Source: Paraspadella gotoi
Lineage: Eukaryota; Animalia; Chaetognatha
DNA: 19,328 bases
Direction of reading: 5' to 3'
Assembly: GCA_051294375.1 (NCBI GenBank)
Contig: JBJCIZ010000722.1
Span: 22,327-41,654 of the forward strand
A program made the translations under genes and the position numbers. Below, one piece after another: positions 1-9,272 of the stretch; the stretch's first letter is position 1; every line of letters starts with the position of its first letter. The notes beneath the pieces were generated by a model. It worked only from the letters and a program-made list of their open reading frames with translations. It did no database searches and had not been told where the DNA came from.

Positions 1-719
1 AAAGACTACAGCATAGTGAAACTTATGTACGGAAATTTCTAAAAGTCAATTATGAACAACATACCATCACTAAACATTAATTTGTAAAAAAAAAATAATT
101 TTATGTTTTTTTAATTTGCGTAGTAAACTATATTTACATATAGTACTATCCTTATAAAATCGAAAAATTTCAAAATAGGCTTCTCTTAATTTTGAACGCA
201 GATTTGAATTCCTCGTCAAAAGTTGATAAAAGAAAATATAAATAATTTTTAAAAATTCTTTCATTAAGTGAATTAAAATTTAAAAAAAAACTCTATTTAA
301 TGTATAAAAAGTTTATTTTCAGATTAAAATATAGCTTTTTCTAATTTTTTACCTACTTAATGAAAAAATTTTTCAAAAAGAGTTGTATTTTTTTTTCTCT
401 TACTCAACACTATTTTATTAGACACAATCCACAATCTGCAAAAAAAAAAAATTCTTAGAAAACAACTGCAATTTTAAATTTTATAAGCATGTATATCAGA
501 TTAGTACTAGAATAAATATGCGCTCGGCCTACAGTTAAATCTAATGCTATAAATTACATTAAATGTTCATTAGTATGAATGGCTTGTTTGTTCTTCACTG
601 TTTATTAGAATCTTTAATGTAAAGTTAAATTTAGAAATTCTACTACGCTCCATACTAAAGACCAAGCCAAAAAAAAAACTGGCAAAAATGTATGACCTGC
701 ATATGTTGATATAATTTCT

Positions 720-880
720 CGTTTTTCTCCACCGTTGTTATTAGAATCGAGAACGTGTCCACGCCCCGTGTATGAAACCTCACGTCTACCGCCATCTTTG
801 AATCTTCACGACACGTCCACGTCGCTTTTTCTCTCTCGTCAGGCCCTTGAGCGCTTGTAGTTCTGTTCTTTACAGGCTAA
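720..880 (+). promoter_or_regulatory. Possible promoter/first-exon region of the Zn-finger gene
   Basis: Local CpG-rich patch in an AT-rich background, with several CACG(T) motifs and a YY1/Pho-like CCGCCATCTT at 789-798. It is followed by a pyrimidine-rich intron-like tract (~880-1018). Confidence 0.3.
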
Positions 881-1080
881 ATTTTGTTTGTTTATTTATT
901 CCCTTTTATTTTATTCTCTCTTTCTCTCTCCTCTCTCCTCTCTTTCTCTCTCTCTCTCTTCTCTTTCTCTTTACTCTTATATTTTTTTCTCCTTCGTTTT
1001 TTTTTTAAAAAAAATAAGGATGAACAAACGATCAGCGCGCTGCAGCGCAACGCTTCGTAAAGACCAGACCAGGCACGCGG

Positions 1081-1139
1081 ATGGGCGAAGTGCGGAAAAA
1101 GGACAAAAGAAGACGAGTCAATTCTTTTTTCGGACTGAG
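1081..1139 (+). CDS. Possible upstream coding exon of the Zn-finger gene (MGEVRKKDKRRRVNSFFGL, NLS-like)
   Basis: GC-richer block ending at a strong donor AG|GTGAGG (GT at 1140). A phase-2 join to tttttaag|T (exon restart 1434) is in frame with the 1498 ORF, which is open back to 1399. Other frames or a UTR exon are equally possible. Confidence 0.3.
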
Positions 1140-1497
1140 GTGAGGAAAATCTTAGATTATTGATAAATTAATGATTATTATTAAATTATTGATATAACTC
1201 ACTTGGTTTTTATTTTAATTTTGTTGCTGTCAAAAAAATAAATTAATTAATATTTTAAATTACCCCCATTTTTCAATCCACACTTTTTTCTCCCATTAAC
1301 TTACTCCACGCGACATAAAACAAATACTTTTTTTTCTGGCCTTTTTGTTTTGTTTGTTATTTAAAAAATTAAAATTTTTTAAAAATAGAAAATTGTAAAA
1401 TATCAAAATTGAGCAACATCAAAATTTTTTAAGTTTAGCAAAGACTTTAATAGATCCTAATCATATTATCACTGAAAGATTAGCAAAAATTGACGCA

Positions 1498-2944
1498 ATG
1501 TCTTTCCCAGACGGGAGGTCGATGACAGTTGATTCCGCAAAAGGTTCCTTGACGAGTGAAGAGTGTGTTAAAAAAATGTTTTCTTCAGCTCTTTCTCTTT
1601 CCCGAGCGGGTGAGCGAGAAGGAGAAAGAGTCTTAATTAATCGTATAAATTCAATTATTGATCAAATTAGTGCGAACAAGCAGGAAGCCGATGCTTTGAA
1701 AGCACAAATCAACTTAAATTTACTAGATAACGACGATCTAAATAAGTCTGTTTTAATAAATCTACATTTGGTTAAAGCAATCGGCTTCCCGACTTACGAG
1801 TCGCTCATAGCCTTCATTCGTGAGGGAAAACAAAAACAATCTAACTTACCTCGGAAGAAGGGGAAATCTTCTATTTTCTATCCCCTATCTTTAACCCCCA
1901 CTTATTTCTTAAGCCTTTTGCAGGCTAATCCCCAGCTTGGGAGGCATGAGAATTCCAGATTTAAAATTATTCTTAAGGAATTTTTAAAGGCGGAACCCTT
2001 ACTAGTTTCTGAATCCACCCATCAATTAGTGCAAATCAGAGATTTTGCAAGGAGGAATGCGACTCATTTCCTAAAACATAAACCAAAAACTCTGGCGTTA
2101 GCCGAAATTTTTAGTTGCACGCCGACTGGAACTCGAAACGTTCCCGCAGCTTCGGCAGAACAAGTAATTAAAAAAATCGGTAATGCCAAGAAAGGGGTTC
2201 ATTACAATTTAATTACTAACGAAGATAAGATAGGGGTAACATATTCTTGTTTCCACTGTCCCTCTGCGGCTCAGCTTAGTGAAGATGCAAAGAAAAAGTG
2301 TTCATTTGAGTTCACTCCAGATGCTCTCGCTTCGTTCAATACCTTACGCTCACAAGTCCTTGAAAATCCCGAAGAAGTGAATGATCATTTTCTGATGAAC
2401 CATTCACCTCACGGGAGATTTAATGACCTGAGCGGTGGTATTTCGAAAAAGAAGCAATCTTCAGCAGCAAAAACTGAACACGGTTTTCTTTTGATTTGTG
2501 GTCGTTGTAGTTTATATCCCGAGAAACACCGTTCTGTATCTGTCACCTGCTGCATCTCCTGTTTGCATCTCCATAGTTTGCTGTTACATACAAAAGAGGA
2601 TCGTTTTTTGTCACTTTACCAACAGCTTAAAACAGACTTTTTTTATGACACTGTTAAGAGCGATATATGTGAGAGCTATTTCTTGATTAGGTGCGATATA
2701 TGTCTCTCTCTCTTTAATAATAAGGCTGAAAGGGATAAACACACAGTCAATGTCTGCGTTCCAAGGATGGTCAGTAGCGCTTATTTTTACGGCAATCCTT
2801 ACATTTTCGGGCGGCCATACGAATCTAAAGTTTCTTTAGAGGCGAAGCAGGAAAAGGAGAACCAAATCTTGGCCAAACAGATTAAATTGTTTCTAGCTAA
2901 GATTAATTCCAAATCCACATACACCCAGATTCCCAACCTATCCA
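1498..2944 (+). CDS. Cys/His-rich putative zinc-finger protein (>480 aa), 3' end lost in assembly gap
   Basis: Long stop-free ORF with CFHC...HFLMNH, CGRC...CCISCLHLHSLLLH and CDICLSLFNNKAERDKHTVNVC (C2HC-like) and a basic PRKKGK patch. It runs into Ns at 2945, so the track's end at 3015 is not reliable. Confidence 0.75.
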
Positions 2945-2969
2945 NNNNNNNNNNNNNNNNNNNNNNNNN
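2945..2969. other. Assembly gap (25 N)
   Basis: Run of N; the right flank starts in a GA repeat. Confidence 0.99.
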
Positions 2970-4031
2970 AGAGAGAGATAAAGTGTCTTTTGGTTTGAGA
3001 GGGAGAGAGGGATAGTATAGGGCTTACGCAATCGGGAGAATAATGGAGTAGCCGAGCTGAGAGATGAAAGGGATGTACGTAGGGGATGGTAAAGAGGAGA
3101 GAGAGAGAAAAGGAACGCATAAGGGCGGCATAATGAGAAGAAGAGTGAGAGTATCTAGGGGGGCCGAGACGGTTGACTGAGTTTTATCATAATAGAGGAA
3201 GTAAGGAGGATATACAGGAAGAAGGTGAAGTGGTAAGATGAGTAAAGTATAAGAAGGTTATACATCTTATCATATATTATAATAATTATGATTATTATAT
3301 ATATATATGATCCATTACACTGTGACGTGTTTGAGATATGTTCGTCTATGACTCACGCTATAAGCGGGTTTTTTTTTTAAGACGGATTCAGAGTGGTCAT
3401 AGCGAGTACCTATTCGTTCTATTCCACGTTCTCTTTGTCCCTATCCTTTCTGTCCTTGTCCTTTATCCTTTCGGGTCCTTCCTTTACTCTGCCTGTCACA
3501 ATCTTGCGATGCCTTTCTTTTTTCGAATTTCTCTTATACTTCCTCCCCTTTGCTATTTGATCCATAATCCTTTCTTCCTATCGGTTTAGACTGATCAAAT
3601 TCATCATCTTTTTCTGTCTTCCTCATTTTTATACTTTTTTTCATTTCGTCTCTTCCTCTGCGTTCCTATTCTTTTCCTTTCTGTTCCCTTTTCCTCAGCT
3701 GCTTTTTTTCTCAAGCCGCTTTTTTTTTCCTTTCTTACTTCCTTTCCCTAAATTCCCCCACTAAAAACTTTTGCTTTTATTTCGCTATATTAAGGCCGAC
3801 ATTCCTTAGTCTGAATCTCTTTTTGTTTTCTTTTATCTTTTCCGCCCCTTTCTTACCTCCTCTCCTCCCTATTCCTTTTGAGATTCACGGCGTCTCTGTC
3901 CTCTGGTCTTTTCCGTTTGTTATCCTCTCTTAACAGCTGTGGTTTTGATGAAGAACTGGAGTGAGGATGATTAGTTCTTGTGAAGATGTTTGAGAAGGAC
4001 TTAGGACTGATTAGTATGATTGAATTTATGC

Positions 4032-4113
4032 TTAGGGTTTAAGGTTAGGGTTAGGACTGAGGTTAGGTTAAGGTAGGAGGGTTGAGGGTTAAGGTTGAGG
4101 TCAAGGTTAGGGG
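4032..4113 (+). repeat. Degenerate telomere-like TTAGG/TTAGGG tract
   Basis: TTAGGG at 4032, 4045 and 4107 and TTAGG at 4051 and 4063, interspersed with TTAAGG/TTGAGG variants. Confidence 0.55.
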
Positions 4114-4670
4114 TTTGTTGTTGGGTTTTGGGTAAAAATCGTCCTTTTGTCAATGCTGGTTTTCGTGAAATTGATTGGCTTCACCATGTAATGGCCATCA
4201 ATTGCTCGATAACGATAGGTTTTGAACGTGGACAAAATCCTGCGCGTCCAACTTTTATCCTCGTAAGGCATCGATCCGCTCTTTTTCTTCCTCTCTGTCC
4301 TCCGCTATCGGTGGCGCTTATGCATCCGAAGGAAGTCTCTGGTGATGGATGCCTCTTCTTCCTCCTTCCGTCCTCGTAACAAAAAAGACACTTCACAATT
4401 GAAAAAAAGGAAAAGGGTCAGAGTGATCTACTCTGATTCAGATTCGAATTCTGAGTAAAAAATTTGTTATGTTTATTATTTTATATATATATGTAAGTTG
4501 TTGCTCGTAATTCAACAAATACAAATGTATATTGTAATATATATGGTAATCTGTTACTTCTTTTTTTGATTGTTTTTTTCCGCTAAAGGCAAATTAAAAC
4601 TTATTAGCAAAGAGACTAAAGACAAAAGACTTTAAAAAAAAATAAATAAAATAAAGTGACTCGTGAGACG

Positions 4671-5464
4671 ATGGCAGATGCGAGTAGTGACCCCGACGAT
4701 AAGGCAGCAGTGAAGAAGGTCGTTTGTCTCCGCGCTGTCCTGCGCTTTCTTCATGATCATTATCGCCGCAAGCAAAAAGTATCAGCTCGTGAGTTGGAGC
4801 GAGATCTGATGGAGCAGGAGAAAGAGGCCTTTGAAGAGTGTGGCGGCAGGTTAATGCCGCTCGATCAATGGTGAGATTAAATAAATAAACGTATGACGAA
4901 TATGAATGAGTGAATGAATAAATAAATAAATGATATACATTTTAAATAATGTGTTATTTATACATATATAAAACATTTATCAGGTGCCTACATCGAGCGG
5001 CCTTCGTGCGAACGATGGAGGGGAGCAGTGACGATGTTCTTGGTCCTTTCAAGAACTATGTTGCCAAACTTGCAGCCGTGTAAGAATTTCTTATAAATGA
5101 GATAAAGAAATATAGATGCATATCAATTATACATACTTAGTACCGAGTACTAATATATTGATTTTTTTTTTTTTTTTTGGTTAACAGGATCCGGGTCGCC
5201 GACAGGTCATGTTCCGACAAGTTCAAACCCAGATACGCACACCACATCGTTGAAGGTCGTCACTCCAGGGAACCCGACAAAATCCTCAGCAAGGGGGGAG
5301 TGATTAAGCATCGCGTCTTTATCGAACTGCCTCGCGAAATGGACAGTGATGCAGATGAAGACGAAGACGAAAAAGATTACGTTCATTCCCACCCTCCCAT
5401 TTACCTTGCAAAGGGGGAAGATCCTTTCGCTGTCTATAAAAGACAGAAATATAAACAATTTTGA
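4671..5464 (+). CDS. Unknown-family paralog A, ~190 aa, 3 exons (4671-4870, 4984-5079, 5188-5464)
   Basis: GT-AG introns 4871-4983 and 5080-5187 (both phase 2) join in frame: KKVVCLRAVLRFL...EECGGRLMPLDQWCLHRAAFVRT...AAVIRVADRS...HHIVEGRHSREPDKI. Aligns by eye to paralogs B and C across the junctions. Confidence 0.88.
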
Positions 5465-5550
5465 CCATTTAAATATTGATTTTATGTATTTTGTAAAACG
5501 TTTCTTTTGTAAATATGTTTCTTTCATTTTGGATTACAAATTCACATATT

Positions 5551-5557
5551 CTCTCCC

Positions 5558-5589
<32 letters not shown>

Positions 5590-5631
5590 ATTTTACACTT
5601 AAAATCTCGTTAATTAAATTCGTATTCAATT

Positions 5632-5671
<40 letters not shown>

Positions 5672-5720
5672 TATTTTATTTTACACTTAAAATCTCGTTA
5701 ATTAAATTCATATTCAAATT

Positions 5721-5773
<53 letters not shown>

Positions 5774-5940
5774 ATTTTACACTTAAAATCTCGTTAAATA
5801 AATTCATATTCAAATTCAATTATCTCTCTCTCTCTCTCTCTCTTTCAATCTCTCTCTCAACTCTCTCTCTCTCTCTCTCTCTCTCCTCTCTTATTTTCTT
5901 TTACACTTAAAATCTCGTTAAATAAATTCATATTCAAATT

Positions 5941-5977
<37 letters not shown>

Positions 5978-6020
5978 ATTTTACACTTAAAATCTCGTTA
6001 AATAAATTCATATTCAAATT

Positions 6021-6057
<37 letters not shown>

Positions 6058-6068
6058 AATCTCTCTCT

Positions 6069-6108
<40 letters not shown>

Positions 6109-6151
6109 CTTTTACACTTAAAATCTCGTTAAATAAATTCATATTCAAATT

Positions 6152-6203
<52 letters not shown>

Positions 6204-6214
6204 AATCTCTCTCT

Positions 6215-6261
<47 letters not shown>

Positions 6262-6401
6262 CTTTTACACTTAAAATCTCGTTAAATAAATTCATATTCA
6301 AATTCAAATCTCTCTCTCTCTCTCTCAATCTCTTTCTCTCTCTCTCTCTCTCTCTCAAATTCAAATCTCTCTCTCTCTCTCTCAATCTCTCTGTCTCTCA
6401 A

Positions 6402-6445
<44 letters not shown>
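5551..6445. repeat. Compound tandem repeat: seven ~55-bp units separated by variable (CT)n tracts
   Basis: Unit TTATTTTATTTTACACTTAAAATCTCGTTAAATAAATTCATATTCAAATTCAAAT begins near 5583, 5671, 5767, 5891, 5971, 6102 and 6256, each flanked by CT microsatellite. Confidence 0.95.
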
Positions 6446-6448
<3 letters not shown>

Positions 6449-6523
6449 CTATTATTATATCATACCTTGTTAATAAAATGTTTTTGAATTAAAAGAAACC
6501 TAAAAAAAAACGATCGTAAAACA

Positions 6524-7389
6524 ATGGCAGAAAAAGGACTCATTGACTGGGCTAAGTTGAAGGCAGAAAGACGAAAGGATAAAAAAAATCACTCCCAAAA
6601 AGACCGTTTGCCTTCGAGGAGTGATTTTTTTCATGCAGTTTATCAAAAATGCAGCGGAGGGCGTGGTACGAATGACGAATCAAGACCTCGAAACCCGGAT
6701 TCTTGAAAAAGAATCACTAGGTTTTGACGAGTTAGGCGGCGCGAGACTACCAGTGAGTGCGTTTTAACCAGAAATATAAAATTAAAAAAGCTAATCATTG
6801 TTTAAATCTATTCACTATCATTTTATCGACTTATAATAATTTTCCTCCCTCCCCTTTTCTTTAAATTTGTCCTAGTTACATCAATGGTGTCTCCATCGTG
6901 CGACATGGTTCGCGACTCACCGAAAGAAAGCCAACGATTTGGAAGAGTTCCGGATTTACGTGCTACATCTGCTTGACATGTAAGTCAATTCTTTGTGATT
7001 GTTTATTTCTTTGTTATTTCTATATCACCTCTCTATCATCTCTCTCACCAATCCGCTTCTGTTTCATATTTTCTCGTATTTTAACCCCTTACTTCTACCC
7101 CTCCCCTCACCTTAGTCTCACAGAAGTAGACGAAGAGTCCAACCTCACCCTCGCACATGCAGAATACCACTTCATACGTGATGGGCGAGAGGAACGATAC
7201 CCCAATCTCATCGCGACCAACATGGGAACAGTCATGAAAAAACAATCTTTTGCTATTGAAGACAAGCGGAATGGTGAAATAAGATTTGGAACTGTTTACG
7301 TTAGAGATGAGGATGATAGAAAAGCGGAAAGTGAAAGAAAGGCTCTCCAAGAAGATCAATATAATTTTTCTTTAAATAACTTTAAATGA
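6524..7389 (+). CDS. Unknown-family paralog B, ~201 aa if a 1-nt frameshift in the A8 run (6581-6588) is corrected; 3 exons (6524-6752, 6876-6979, 7116-7389); possibly a pseudogene
   Basis: The shifted frame reads ITPKKTVCLRGVIFFM...DLETRILEKESLGFDELGGARLP|LHQWCLHRATWFAT...LLDI|LTEVDEES...HFIRDGREERYPNLI. GT-AG introns at 6753-6875 (phase 0) and 6980-7115 (phase 2). Clear similarity to A and C. Confidence 0.82.
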
Positions 7390-8049
7390 TTCGATGATTA
7401 TTAGCTTGTTGCACTGAAGCTTTTAAATATTTATTAAAATATAATAAATGACCTAAAAAAAATTTAAAAAATCTTATTTTTTAAGAACGAATTCCTATAA
7501 AGCTTAAAAAGTTAAATGAAAGTTAGTACTACAATTTTGTTTCAATTTTGACAATAAATTAGTTAAAAATAGAAAAAACCTTAAAAAGCATTATCATTAT
7601 TATCTTTGGCTAGGTTTTATAGTTTTTTTAAATTTTCATTAATAAAACAAAAAAATTAGAAAGTTGAATTAATAACCTTTATTTAACTTTTAAAGCTCGA
7701 TCAAAATCTATTAAAAAAATTTTTAACTTTCTATAATAATAAAATAATCTTTAAATGCTTCCGTGTGCTTATTAATAAGCTAAATTTTAAAAATTATTTT
7801 TATTTTCATATTCTCTAACCATTATTCATTTGAAAGAACTTATAATTTTCAACCTGTTCCGGTCAATATATATTCATATACAAATTTGGGAGAGGGTAGG
7901 CAGATTTATAGATTATTATTTCTCATTAATGTGTTTATAATTGTATAATTTGGTTACTTACATTTGAAATATATTTCGTTGATTCAATTTTTTTAATTTT
8001 TTATATTTTTGATGGAATAGAGGAAATCCAAAAAACAAAAACAAGAGAT

Positions 8050-8737
8050 ATGAGCAGTGAAAAAGAAAAGAAAAAACCTCCTAGTAAAACTGTATGTCTT
8101 TTTGCTGTATTAAAACTCTTACGTGACTGCTCCAATGAGATTACTAATCATGATCTTGAGAACAAACTCATTCGACTCGAGAAGACGGGTTTCCCTGAAG
8201 TCGGTGGTGAAAGACTTCAAAGATCAGATTTCGCCCTTTTACGAGCCAGCTTCTTCCGCACAAGGGCTCGTAGAGCTTCGGAGTTGCCTCTCTTCATGCA
8301 GCATATTCAACATGTATGGAAAATGTTAGTAACAATTTCTTTTCTCTCTCTCTCTCTCTCCTCTCTCCTCCCTCCTCCCTCCAAGCTTCTTTTCTCTGAA
8401 TAAAATATCAATTAACAACTATTTTGCTTACAATGAATTTTTTTTTATTTACTATTTATTACATTTCAGCATTCGTGAGGCTGACGATCGTTCCCGTTCG
8501 GAGGATGAAAGGGCAGAGGAAATTCGACACATCTCTGAAGGTTTTGAAAAACGTCACCCACCCGAAATCATTGGAATAGATGGAGTAGTCATGGAACGTT
8601 GCACAGTACTTAAATATAATATTGACTCAAAAAACTCAGATCTATCAGATTATTATAGTTTTGTTGAAGTGTATTCTCCTAAAGGAGAAAATGTTTTTTA
8701 TTCATTGAAAAAACAGGACGCTATGCTTAAAAATTGA
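8050..8737 (+). CDS. Unknown-family paralog C, ~180 aa, 2 exons (8050-8324, 8470-8737)
   Basis: SKTVCLFAVLKLL...DLENKLIRLEKTGFPEVGGERL...LLRASFFRT; phase-2 GT-AG intron 8325-8469; then IIREADDRS...RHISEGFEKRHPPEIIGIDGVV...VYSPKGENVF, matching the C-terminal exon of A (IYLAKGEDPF). Confidence 0.88.
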
Positions 8738-8837
8738 TTTCGTTTTTTTTCATTAAATAATTATTAATCATTAACCTTAATAAATAAAACATGATTTTTT
8801 TTAAAAAAAAAGGGAAAATTTTATATTAATTGTAACA

Positions 8838-9221
8838 ATGGATAATTCCCTGAGTAACGATGCTGATTCTTCTGATGAAGAAAATGAACTAATCAACCAA
8901 CTTTTAATATCCCCACCGTTGGAGGAAATAAATGAAAATACATTAAAAATTACTAGTTATTTAACAAACGACATGTTTTCTGGTATCAGTTCGAAAAAAA
9001 TTTTTTTTCGAGAAATTCAAGAGCGAGAGAAGCGACTATTATTAGAAACCGAATTAATATGTTATCTTTCTCATGTTCAAAATTACCTTCGCCAACTCTT
9101 GCGGCCAAGAGACGAACAACACCATCCACTTCGTTATTTGGTCTGGCTCGCCACAGGTTACTATTTGATAAAACTAATATTAATTATAATAAAATTCATA
9201 TTATTTATATTATCGTATTAC

Positions 9222-9272
<51 letters not shown>

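Noticed and set aside
1-700. Terminal inverted repeat or element end; ORF 70-264
   Set aside because: No (AG)n/AGT-type terminus with a matching inverted copy found by eye. The ORF is low-complexity AT-rich sequence.
6068-6385. Minus-strand RE-repeat ORF (105 aa) and ORF 5346-5690
   Set aside because: These are translations of the (CT)n compound repeat.
5551-6445. CRISPR-like repeat/spacer appearance
   Set aside because: Spacers are CT microsatellite rather than unique sequence, units are ~55 bp, the context is eukaryotic and no cas genes are present.
5207-7359. Antisense ORFs 5207-5527 and 7081-7359
   Set aside because: Antisense shadows of the last exons of paralogs A and B.
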